Shown: one piece after another, positions 25,301-37,515 of the stretch
Position numbering within the stretch: position 1 is the stretch's first letter
How the letters are laid out: each line of letters begins with the position of its first letter
Origin: Eledone cirrhosa
Lineage: Eukaryota
NCBI GenBank assembly: GCA_964016885.1
Contig: OZ024742.1
Coordinates: 288,486,001-288,550,000 of the forward strand
Length of the DNA stretch: 64,000 nt
Reading direction: 5' to 3'
Notes under the pieces: generated by a model
Databases searched by the model: none
What the model was told of the DNA's origin: nothing
Seen by the model: the letters and a program-made list of their open reading frames with translations, nothing else
Program-made: the position numbers and the translations under genes

Positions 25301-28300
25301 CACAAACTAAAATCTATAACAAAAGCTCTGACAGAATCTTCATCTAAACGAGCTGAGGCTGGTGGAATTAACGAAAATAGGTATGTATATGTGTAGTAGC
25401 CAAGTTTTCTCCAGTGCTTTATATCGCCAATCCTCATGGTCCTTTATCTTCTCTGGTGTAAGATTCAGCTTCCTAAGGTTAGTTTTCACTACTTTATCCC
25501 ATGTATTCCTAGGTCTGTCTCTTCCTTGAGTCCCATCCACTGAAATTTCTCTACACTTCTTTATCTTCTATATGCATCATATGTCCATATCAATATAATC
25601 TTGCACACTGTATCTAATTCCTCATATATGAAGTGTTTATCTCAGTTCATTTTTGCTGTCATTCATCAATGAATGACCCTTCAAGACAATAACTTTGATC
25701 TGAAGGAAGAGTGGTGAAGATCATGGAATGAGTCCAAATTTGCCAACCAAGACCCCATCCAGGACCCCACATCTAAACCAGTCAAGTTTGACCTTCATAG
25801 AATGTAATGGGTGTCCCTTAATCAGATCCACACAACACACCAGGACAGCCCATCATCTTCATCAATGGAAAATAAAAGACAACCCAGCATGTAACTCTGG
25901 GGACCCTGACTTGACAATGCTGCATACATGTTTTTCGGGATTGTCCCCTCAGATATATTCCCAGCAGCCTGGAGGCAATCCATAATACTATAAATGATGA
26001 CCTAGTCTGGCTCACCAATCTCGATCTGTCTCTCTAACCATTGTGCATATGTTATACGACAAGATTCATGCACACTAACATTATACAGATGACCCTGTCA
26101 AAGGCATTCTCCAGATCTACCATTGCTAGGCAGTTTTGTCTTATAAGGAAGAAAACATCAGTAGTACCTTTACATAGAATAAAGCTGAACTGCATCACAT
26201 CTAGTTTGATTCTGTTTCTAATTAATTGTGCTATACCTCTTTGAATAATTTTCATGTTTACCACCACTACTACTTTCACCTTCTCTCTCCTCCCACCAAC
26301 ACCAGATATGTTCAAGAAATCAAGAAACAATCTGAAAAGATGAAAGAAGAACGACTATGGTTGTCTAAATGTTTGGTAAGTGTTTTGCAAAATTTTCTGT
26401 TCTGTCCTGTTGAGGTCATTGACCTGGCCAATTGACATAAGCAATATGTTTCAATGAATGGCACTTGACGTCACCTTCTTGCTTCTCATAGATACTACAG
26501 CAAACATCAAAACACAACGCTTAAAAGTATTGACTTAGGCTTCTTAAAACAAATAATTTTCTACATTATGTACTATACACAATGCTTCAAGCAAATTACA
26601 ACATTCTATTATTATTTTTTTTTAGTTTAACTCTTAATATCCTGTACCACATGAGACCACATTAGCAAGACATTCTTGAAAAGTACAAAACAAAACTATG
26701 ACTGCATCATCATCATCATCATCATCATCACCGTTTTACGTCCGTTCTTCCACGCTAGCATGGGTTAGACGGGTTGTCCTGTTGTGGGCAGTGTCTGGTC
26801 GGCTGACCATGCCTTGCTCATACAGGAACTGATCTGGCTTGATTTCTACAGCTGGATGCCCTTCCTAACACCAACCTCATTTACAGTGAGTGCTGGGTGC
26901 TTTTTCGTGGCGCCTACACGTCCACTTTACAGTGTGGGCTGGGTGCTTTTTTGCCGTGGCACCTCCACGACCACTTTGCGGTGGGGGCATATTGTTTATA
27001 TGCTTCAGCATGTACCCATGGGAGCTCGGGTACCCTGTATTACTGCGTGACGCCAGAAGTCACGGTCGTGTGTCATTGTCTTTGAGAGGTGTAATTGGGT
27101 AAGGTCGGCTTTTATCACCTCATCCCAAGTCATCTTGGGTCTCCCCACTCCGCGGTTTCCATCAACTTCTAGTGCTCTGCACCTTTTTATGCAGCTGTCA
27201 TCCTTCATACACATCACATGTCCATACCAGCGTAACCGCCTCTCCTGCACGCAGCATTTGATTCCTCTTATGCTCAGTCTCTCTCTCAATTCCTTTATGC
27301 TTTGTCGTTCACGTATATTACTGTTACACATCCATCGGAGCATGCAGGCTTCGTTTCTCTCTAATCTACGTAAGTCTTCCACCTTCAGCGCCCAGGTCTC
27401 ACTACCATGCAACATCGCTGTTCGGATACACGCATCATACAGTCTGCCTTTCATTCTGAGGGAGAAGCCTTTTGCAGCTAGCAGTGGTAGTAGTTCCCTA
27501 AACTTCTTCCATCCCGTTCTTACCCTAGTTATTGTACTTTCTGAGCACCCACCTCCGTTGCTAATTCGGTCACCTAGGTAGCAGAAGCTGTCTACTGTTT
27601 CTACAGGGCCCTCCCAGAGATTGGTGGTACTTGTTTCCTGTGGCTGTTTGCTTGCTGTTTCAGCACAGCTGCTGCATGTGAATCCTACATTCTTAATTAA
27701 GCTTCCTGAGATCCCGCTACATCTCTTGTGTACCCATTGTTTGCATTTGGGGCAGAGAATGGAGTTCCTACCTACACCTTTCCTACATACTGAGCAAGGC
27801 CATTTCCCTGAGGGGATCTGGGTTCTGTTTTCTCGTTTACTTACAAGGACCTTAGTCTTTGTCATGTTGACTTTGAGGCCCTTTCTCTCTAGTCCCTGCT
27901 TCCAGGTTTGGAATTTATTCTCTAGTTCTACCATAGATTCAGCTATGAGTGCGAGGTCATCAGCATACAGGAGTTCCCATGGGCATCCGGTCTTAAACTC
28001 CTCCGTTATTGCCTGCAGGACTATGATGAACAGGAGAGGGCTAAGAACAGAGCCCTGGTGGACCCCAACCTGCATCACCTTAAATATTAGTCTACTCTAA
28101 TACTGCAAGTTTCACAACAATCTGTTGATGAAAGTCAAAGAAAATTTGATCTTTTTCTATAGTTTTTCTCTTTTATTCCTTTCTTCTAGGTAGATTTTAT
28201 CCACAAATATTTTCCTAAACTACGACAGACGACACTGGTAAGTTGTTACTGCATTTTTCTTTCACTTAATAAAGTTTAGAATCCATAGAATAATGGTTGT

Positions 28301-29673
28301 AGAAATACACTGCAGCTAGTGGGTTGGGTAGATAGATTGACGTTATTAAAGCCAAATTCCTAAAGTTTGGCTTTTTTTTTTCACATGGCTGGCTTTGTAA
28401 AATCAATTTGGCTTTTGATACTATCCCAACCTAGGTCTATGAAAAATAAAAGGTTTATTTAAATTTAAACTTTCTATTGTAATTTTATATAAGAACTGTA
28501 TGTTAAGTTACTATCTTAGTAAAAAAAAAAAAAAGATCTGTATGAGCAAGACATCTGGGGAAGATGTTGAGATGCTTGAAAGGAGGTGAGTTGATATGTG
28601 CAGCATTGAAAAGGTGAGATGGAGAGGAGCTCAGCCATACTCCTCACATGTAAACAGTATATATACAAGCTCTTCTAGGTAAGAACTGATGATGGAATAG
28701 CGTAGGCATATTGCTCACCGAGAGGTGGATAGATAAGGTAATTTGGGTACTTAATGTAAATAACAAAATTGTCAAACTCAGAATAGTCATACTCTATTAA
28801 AACTGACATATCTTATCAAAACATTAAAGATCTTCTATACATCATCTTTTTCCTATAGTTCTCCACAGCGAGTGACAGAGATCAATACTCACTAATGAAG
28901 ATAATCATGGTAAGACATTGTTTATTGCTAGATCAGACTGTATTGGGGAATATTGGTGGTAGACACATCAGTATGGCAGTACCAAGACCCCTACCTTCCA
29001 TGAAGCGATAGTACTTCAATGAACAACACAGGTCCATTAGTGGCCAAAGAATTATGACTGCTCTTGCTATACTACACCTTCTGAGTGAAGAAACTACAGT
29101 AGTGGCCATATTTTATTGTCATAGGCACATGATACTGTGCCATCTGTATGTGGCTCTCAGAAATCCATGTTCTGATTCTGCTGGATTGGATAGATGGTAA
29201 ATAAATATGGGAAGAAAAATTTGCTATATATCAGTTTTTTTTTTTTTGTGACAAATACTTTTGTTTCATGAGAACCATTCTCTAGATGTTTGAAGCTGCT
29301 TAACTAACAACAAACAAAACAAAGCAAGATGACCAGAGACTACACACACTTTTCTAACCACTAAGCCATGCACCGAAACACACACATACAAACATACATG
29401 GACACATATATACATATATATACATATATACATACATAAACTTACCTTTATTAATGAAATTTGTTTTGTATCTATTTTGCTGTGTAAATGTAACTTTGCT
29501 TTTGTTTCTAGGCTTTGCTTGACCGCAGTTTAAACCATACCCACGACACTTATATAACAACCACAGCTCGTTTCTCACATCGTTATCTCGAACTACTCAA
29601 GGAATGTCGCATTATAGAAGCTCATCCCAAAAATGAAGCAAAAGTCCGGCTCATTCCTCACCTTCTTCCATAA
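19383..29673 (+). CDS. CENPK: Centromere protein K (CCAN inner-kinetochore subunit), 8 coding exons
   Basis: Exons 19383-19423 (in-frame ATG at 19394), 22038-22143, 24936-25065, 25285-25380, 26306-26375, 28190-28237, 28859-28909 and 29512-29673 (TAA), all GT-AG and phase-consistent, ~230 aa. The C-terminus ...LSKCLVDFIHKYFP...ALLDRSLNHTHDTYITTTARFSHRYLELLKECRIIEAHPKNEAKVRL matches the recalled CENP-K head (LGEFLEDHFP...HDPYV...FWPPYVELLLR...HPEDPTRIRL). The start codon is uncertain. Confidence 0.8.
22400..24730 (-). mobile_element. Stack of RTE LINE fragments in a CENPK intron
   Basis: ORFs 22937-23173, 23535-23789, 23792-24142 and 24448-24708 (DTFRYLGD, RRLHWYGHV, RRLRWYGHV). Confidence 0.85.
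26702..28077 (-). mobile_element. 5'-truncated RTE-clade LINE, well preserved (RT C-terminus)
   Basis: Open 357-aa ORF 27005-28078: [21 protein letters not shown], Cys-rich CxxC segment, SFCYLGD, RRLRWYGHV; (CAT)n tail at ~26706-26730; flanked by CTGCATCA direct repeats. Confidence 0.92.
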
Positions 29674-29876
29674 ATAATCTAGTGGATAGTCATGCCAAAA
29701 TATTAATTCAACTTTGGCCTCCCAATCACTGAGCCAGTCACGCAGGCACACAGCCCCCTCTTCCCTTCACTATTGGTGGACAGTCATAAAAGATAGATAA
29801 TCAACTCTGACCACTCAATCACTGGGTCAGTTACACAGCCCTTCCCCTGTCAAAGTTGACCACAAGAAGAACAGGA

Positions 29877-29882
29877 AATAAA
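29877..29882 (+). promoter_or_regulatory. Candidate CENPK polyadenylation signal
   Basis: AATAAA ~200 nt after the stop codon. Confidence 0.4.
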
Positions 29883-31939
29883 GAATAGCATTTGATTAGT
29901 TGAAAGTATTAAGTTTGCTATACAAAACTATTCTTTGTTCAGGGCCAATATATCAGCTCTTTCATGTTTCAAGTACTCTCATGTCCCAAATAATAGAGGT
30001 GGGGGTGGAAAATCGGTAATTTGTTTAGGTTGTCTCCGTTATTTTTTTTTTAAACCCAGAATTAGTCGTTTAGTTTACATATTGAGACTCCCGACCCATC
30101 CTACTTATTTTATAATGTATGGGATTTTTAGTAATGTACTTTTTTTGTCATGTATAATGTTAATTAATGTATAAAGAAAGTTGTCACAGGAATGCTACCA
30201 CTTAAAATAAAATTTTGCCTGAGATTAGCAAAATTTGATAAGTGGTAGGTTGGAAAAAATCTGAAAAATTAATAAGCATAGGGGAGGTGAGGGCGATTAT
30301 TCAAGACCCAAAAGTATACAAATTTAGGATCACTAGATTGTGATCTAAAGGTTAATGTTTTCTTAACATAGCCTCAAAATAAAGAGGTCGCTATTGGGAA
30401 AGTATAAAATGATTATAATGTGTCATGTAATGAACAAGTTCTTTTCTTCCTTTTTAAAATGATTGTTCTGTAATTTCATTTGAGAAATAAAAATTATTGT
30501 TTCATAACATTTTGTCTGGTCTTCTCTCTATAGTCACCATCATCATATGTCCACTCCATATTGATATACAGAGTGACCACAAAGATACACCAGCTATGTT
30601 GTTGGGAATTGAACGCCATCTTGAATTATATTGCCATCTGGCAGATTGAGTCAATTCTGCAAATGAGGAAAGAAACTTTGTTAGTTTATGTAACTGTAGA
30701 CACTAATATTGTAAGAATACTTATTTAAGTTTTGATATTATAAGTATTTGAAATCAAGGAGTGTTTTTGTGGTCACCCTGTAGTTTTTATGGGAGCATGG
30801 TCCATGACAAAATAGTTCAGATCCTAGGTTTTGTTAGTATGTGCCATATTCCATAAAATTTCCAGATGAAATTTCATTGCTGTTCATTCAACATTTCAAC
30901 ATGGAGCAATTTCTACAGTCTGAATATCTCCAATTCCATCTCAATCATTGTCTACCTCTTCTAAATTCAAATGTTAGTTCTACACATTTGAAAGTATTCT
31001 TTCTCGACTTCATGGTGGTTTCAACGGATTCAACCCACAAACCATTCAAATTCTGTCAACTGTCATCATCATCATTGTTTAACGTCTATTCCATGCTAGC
31101 ACAGGTCCCATTTGAGGCAAGTCAGGTAAAGTTACTGTCTTGCTCATACAGAACTGTTTCTGGCTTGGTTTCTTTAAAAAAATTGTAATATCAATTCATT
31201 TGCTTTGATAACCCATGCTAGCGTGGAAAATGGACGTTAAACGAAGATGATGATGATGATGAGGTCTTTTAAATGTCGACCTTTTAGTTCAAGTTAACCG
31301 AGCTTTGCATCAATATCAACCACTTCAAGATGAACATCATCAGGGATATGTTTTCTAAAATCAAAAATAAAGGTAGCTCTGTGGAAATTATGGGGATATT
31401 TGAAGTGATGAGTGGATGTATGCTATGTGCTCAAGAGGTGAGATATAAGAAATCCTCAGTCAAACTTCACTACACCTCGTCTGACTACCTACATGACATA
31501 GGATACACAACAACAACACCCCCACCACCCCCGGCAGTATGGATATGAGCTCTTTTGGGTAGGAAATGATGATAGGGTTGGTGTAGTAGCGGAAAAGTGA
31601 CTAGATAAGGTAGAGTAAATAAGAGAACTATTAAGCTCAGTATAATCATATGCAATAGAATGACAATGGTTATGTGCTACAATCATATGAACTCTTCCCA
31701 CAATATAAGTTCTCAGTGGCATCAGAATAAGAATTATATGGAGGCCAAAGACAGGATTCCACAATTATTTACTAGAAGTCTGCTTATCTTCAGCTCTATG
31801 TGGCTGAGGAACTGTGGAGCTATCAGCTAGTGAGATACAAGTGCCAGGCATACTGTCTAACTAAATTGAGATTTGGGTTAAACTCAGCACCAAATATCAT
31901 CGCAATGACTCTCAAGGTGATTTGAGGAAAAGTGGAAAA

Positions 31940-33450
31940 AATGAAAAGGACCATCAATTTCTGCATCAACGGCATCTTAGTGTACGAGATAGTGGTGCCA
32001 GTAGCAAGATTATAGGCCCTATAAGGAGATTTGGTTTGACCAAATCAATGGAAGGAGAAACTATTAGAATAAAGGAAGGTGAACTGGTGTTCCAGAGAGG
32101 GAATGAGATCCCTGAACTGAGCAACAGTATGAACAAGTGAGAACTTTTCTCAATGTGTAGGCAACTAGTGGGCCATTACTCAATTGCTGGATGGCTTCAA
32201 ACTGAGTAGCCATATAAGTTGATGGACTGAGCTCAAGAGAGAATGGTTGCCATTATGCAAGAAATATTAAGGAGAGTAATGGTGGATAAACTTGAAAGAG
32301 GAAGTTAGCATGTTCTCAAATTGGAGAAGGGATTTTATGGTGTGACACTAGCAGTATAGCAATAGGGGTTCTGGAATTAGGGGATGTGGAGGTAGAAGAT
32401 GCAGCCTTGCTTAGGAAGAAGGGTAGCTGCCTCCACATTAACATAGCAAAGCTAGATGCTACACTAAAGTGAATCTAGCCCTGAAAGGGGGGCTGTGCAC
32501 TATTGAGATTCAAACTGATTCAGCCACTATGTGTGGAATCAATGATTATTGATGAGTATGAATGAAAAGGGGTAGGTGGTGTAATAAAGCACTGTCTGAG
32601 AATTTGAGAACTAGCTGCCAAATTCTAACCAGGGTGAAGAAAAGCTAGCTGGAAGTGCTAGAGGACGGAGATAATGTGTCGGTTGAGTGACCTGGAACTA
32701 AGGAGACTACATAGTAGGCACCATATCTGAGTAGAGATGATCCTGTTACTAGCCAGGAAAGTTGATTCTGGTGTCACTAGGTTCAGAAAGTGGTTGGGAG
32801 CTGCAACAGGTGTGAGTCAATCAACCCTGCACCATGCATTCATGAAATAGGGAAGATTTGAGCAGGAGACAACTGGAATAGGTTGGCAGTAGATAGTATG
32901 GAGGGAAATAAGAATGGAGACAGCATGAGTGCTGAATGAAATATTCTTGAAGTGTGGCCCCATGGACAAGCTACAGATGGACAACAGTGCTGCATTTTAT
33001 TCAGAGTTGTTGAAAGAGATGCTTGATAAGTGGAATATATATTGCTTCTTCAGTGCTGTGTAAAAGCTGAGGGGAAATGAGATTGTGGAGAGACATTATG
33101 CAATAAAGGACACGGCTGAGAAGGGCCATATCTCCCAGACTGAGGTAGTGTTTTGGTACAATATGTCACTCCGATCAGGATAGGCCAAGGAGTTGGTGTC
33201 ACAAAAAGCAGTATTAAGATATGAATGTTGACATCCAAGTACCGTACTATAGCAATTTGAAGAAGGGGAGAGCCTGCATCCATTCAGATTGGGGACTAAG
33301 TCTGGATAAATCGCCATGCTGCATGTCACAACGAGAGAGGGGAGCAGTGACAGTTGTGAATTACCCAAACAACAGTTCAGTTGATGGAATGCTGCACCAC
33401 ATTCAGTGTCATCAGCTTAACTGATAACAAAGAAGGAGAGGGTGCAAGCA
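31940..33450 (+). mobile_element. Decayed Ty3/Gypsy-like pol relic (RNase H + integrase)
   Basis: Manual translation across frameshifts: CD.SSIAIG.LE..DVEVEDAALLRKK..HINIAKLD..; integrase-like FLKCGPMDKLQMDNSAAFYSE and KAEGNEIVERH. Confidence 0.6.
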
Positions 33451-33519
33451 GATTTCTGACTCTATGAAGGCCACGGAGGGAGCGATGACAGTCTAACCAA
33501 ACTTCGACGTAGAGTGAGG

Positions 33520-33765
33520 GTGTTTGAAGTGATCTGAGGGTCGTGTGGAGGGCGGAGGGAGCACGAGTTGCGCACCGGAAGTGACAGACGCTGTGACGTC
33601 ACGTGAACAGAAAGGGGAAAATGAGGGTCCCCATTCCTCGAGTATTTGAATTTGACGGAGTGTGTGTCTAGGGTGTTGTGTGAAATTTAAATTCAAAGTC
33701 TGGAGTGACTAAGGTTCTTGGATTATACAGCTAGACGAGAAAGACGACTATTGAGGACCGGCAAA
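33520..33765 (+). promoter_or_regulatory. Probable RAD54B promoter and non-coding first exon
   Basis: Local CpG-rich patch with GC box GGGCGG (~33550), ETS site ACCGGAAGTG (33574-33583), overlapping CRE/E-box TGACGTCACGTG (33594-33605) and CHR-like TTTGAA (33645-33650). Donor AAA|GTAAGC at 33765/6; next acceptor at 37508, just before the ATG. Confidence 0.6.
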
Positions 33766-34677
33766 GTAAGCGATTTAGCATTTTCCACCGCAGGTTCTTG
33801 CATAAAATTTTGATGTAAGGTTTTAGATAAATGTAAACATTTTGTATGATAGAACCAGGGGAGGAGGTGATTCAGGTGGTTTCGTACGAAGAGAGTTAAA
33901 GGAAATTTGACTGCTATTTCTAGGTAATCAAATGACCGAGCTCAATATATGTGGCGACGGCGGAGGTGACGAGAGGCGGTAGTCTGTCATAGTAGAGTTA
34001 CGTCCCTTGATATTTTGAGTTCAAATCTTGACTTTTTCGTCTTTCACAAACTCCTGCTGTGGTTATCGATAAACAAAGGTATTCTATCGACTATACACAT
34101 ACACACCACATATACTCACATACACACACACATATATATATATTTATGTGTATTTTTTAACTGTATTTGATATTTAGGTACTTGTAGATACAAGAACGTA
34201 CACGTCTCTCTTACATATATATATATATGCCTATAAATATGTGTATGTATATATATATATATATGTGTATGTATATATATATATTTATGTGTGTGTGTGT
34301 GTATTCAACCTTACGTAGATATATATTTATGTGTGTATCATCTTTGTAGCTGTGCCTGTCGGTCAGTGTTTGTGTTATGTAGGTTCGCGTAGATATCCAA
34401 ACATTCCTATATACCAGTCATTCTGATGTATATATATATTTTTCGACTTTCTTTCAATGTAATATATGGTATCAGTATAAACACACGCACACATATATAT
34501 GTTGTGTATATAAACACACTCACATCTATATGAGTATTTTTTAAATCTTGTCATATGATTTCTATAAAGTGTGTATCGAGATCTTGTGATGTTCATGGTA
34601 TTCTGAAAAATAATTTGTACATTTCTATTTTGGAATCAAATCCTGTTACGTATGTAATATCTGTGTGCGTGCGTATG

Positions 34678-34719
<42 letters not shown>

Positions 34720-35984
34720 GATTCCCAATGTATATCGGGAAGTGACGACTGTTAAAAAAAGGTACTCAATACATTAGTAGAGTATAGGCATATATATTTT
34801 ATTACAGAAATGAATTCGTAGGAAATCGGCAGGAAAGTCCTTACGAATGAAACAATTCTAGTCCTGTAGAAGTCATTCATATAATAAAATAAATATACCT
34901 ATACTCTCTCTCCCTCTCCATCTTTTATATACGTATAGGAAGTAGTATGTGTATATATATATATATATATATTGTTAGTGTTCAAGTATTTTAGTACGGA
35001 ATTTACATGTCAGACTAAGTATATATATATGTATATATCATTATTTAACGTCCACTTTCACTGCAAACAACTGTTGGACGGGTCTTCGCAGACCGAGTCA
35101 GTACTAAGCGGGGTCACTGACCTCCCAGACAAGCTGGGGTTTCGCATCTCGCTTACGTATGGTTCCAAGTTCTACCAAGTGCATTTTTTTCGTGGCAACA
35201 AACAACACCACAAGTGAGGATGTCATGTCATTGACACTTTTCCTTCCAATCCTTTGTTCGACTAGCTTTCCACGGCTGCATGCCCTTCCTATCACCAATC
35301 ACTTTACAGCGTATACTGGTTGCTTTAATCGTGTAGATCACCAACACTAAGGAGGTTGTCATGTCCTTTACCACAACTAAAGGGTCCTTCCAACTCTGGC
35401 AAGCTTTCTAAGGTTGGATGTCCTTCCTATCACCAGTCACTTTACTGTGTGTACTGGATGCGTTTATCTTGTAGATCTCTGTACAGAAGAGGATGTTGTG
35501 CCATTGATACAACTGAGGAGTTTTCTCAACCCTTTTAGATATGGTTTCTACGGTGAGTTGCCCTTCCTGTTGCCTATCACCTTACATGGTGTACTGGCTG
35601 CATTTTCATGGCACCATCACTAGAGAGGTTTGTCATAGTCCCAATTGAAAAGCCTTCTCTGCTCTGTGGGGTTTGTGGGAGGCAAGAGGGGAAGGAAGAT
35701 GGGTATGAAGTTATGGTGTATAGCATGTGTAGTAATGTGACAGGGTAATGAGTATGGGGAAGGGGTGACTGATAGTATATGGGAAGAGGGGATGTCGTGG
35801 TGGGGTGTTTGGTCAATAGTACGCGTGATGGATGAGTAACTAAGTGGTGGTAGTGGAGGGTGTGCACAGGGTAGAAGCAGTAAGTACTTAGGTGCGATAG
35901 TGAGGGTATCTAAAGAGGAGGGAGTAGCTAAGGAGTGGTATTGGAGAGGGGAGATATGGATGGGGTGCAGTTGTGAGGATAGCT

Positions 35985-37450
35985 GCTCATGAGTGCTAGT
36001 AGAACAAGCCATTTGTTACACCTAGCTCCCTAAGTGCCCACCAGATTATAGAGTGTGAGACCTTGTCAAAGGCTTTCTCCATATCTACAAAAGCCAGATA
36101 CAATGACTTACTCTTAGCTAAGTACCTCTCTTGTAGTTGTCTCACCAGAAAGAGGGCATCAGTAGTATCCCTACCTAGCATAAATCCTAACTACATCTCA
36201 TCTAACTTGATTCTGTCCTTAATTAGTTGTATTATAACCCTTTCAGCAACTTTCATGACCTGGTCATCAACTTGATGCTTCTGTAGTTACTTCTCTCTAG
36301 TTCATCTCTTCTGCCTTTGTAACAATTTACAATGATACTGCTGCATCAGTCATTGTGAATGACACCTTGTACTATATGATTAACTATACGTCAGGCTAGC
36401 TCATATCCTACTGTGCCAGGTGCTTTTAGCACCTCAGCAACTATACCAGATGTTCCAGCTGCCTCTCCCTACCTTCATGTATTTAATTACTCTACCACAC
36501 TACTGTCAACTTTTAGAGCTGGTCCCTCAGTTAGGTCTGCATCCATTTATTCCCTTCATTTAACAGTCTCACATAGTAAGTCTTCCATGCATCTTTCTTT
36601 TTAACATCAGACAGGGGGTGGGCTTCACTTTTATTTCAAATACACTTTTCCCCAACCAGATCATGATTTTCTTTAGCTTACTGTTTTGCAATCCAGAATA
36701 CTTCATTCCTCTGATCTTCATGACACAGAACATGTGCAATCTTCTTCTTTTTTGCCTCTCCCCTTGCTATACCTGGGGCCTCTCTTCTAACTATTTGGTA
36801 TTGCTCCCTGTCTGTTCCTTTCCTCCTGTTTCTCCAGGCTTTTCTTTGTGTTTGTATGTCAATTTGGGTTGTGTGCCTGCCTAATTGGTAGGTAATGAGG
36901 TAGCTGGTTGGCTGGTTTTCTGAAGTTTATGTTGCAGATGGTTAAGTTGAGGGCATCACAATACCCCAGAAACCTTGATCCATCCTCATTTCTTGTACCT
37001 TACCCATATTCTCCAAGTACTCCAGGGAACCTATTACAGTGTTTCCCAACTTAGTCATTAAAGTTGCTAGCCATGATAATGATGTCACCATCATGTAATT
37101 GAGGTTCTCTCTTTAATTGTCAAACACTGTCGCCTCTGATCACTCGCCATGTTTTCTTTCTGTTTCACAGTGCTTATACTGGTGGATAGGTTTTTGTATT
37201 ATGGCAGATCGCCAGTCAGCTTGGTCCTCTGTGATCTCCTTCATGAAGTTTAGTTTCTTGAGTCCATTCTTCACAACTTCATCCCATGTCTTCCTTGGTC
37301 TCCCCTGTTCATAGGTTCATCCACATCAAGCACTAGACACCTTGCTCTCCTTATGCATCACATGTTGAACACTACATTCAGTTCTTCTTTTCCTCAGTTC
37401 TTCTCTCAACTTGCTTGAGCTCTGTCACTACCATTACACATCCAGTATAG
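35985..37450 (-). mobile_element. RTE LINE fragments
   Basis: GRDTTDALFLVRQLQERYL..LYLAFVDMEKAFD (35996-36181) plus APE-like sequence at 36880-37090. Confidence 0.8.
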
Positions 37451-37515
37451 CATGCATATCTCATTTCTTTTTACCTTCCTCAATAAATATATTTTTAATA
37501 TTTATTAGGTTTCCA

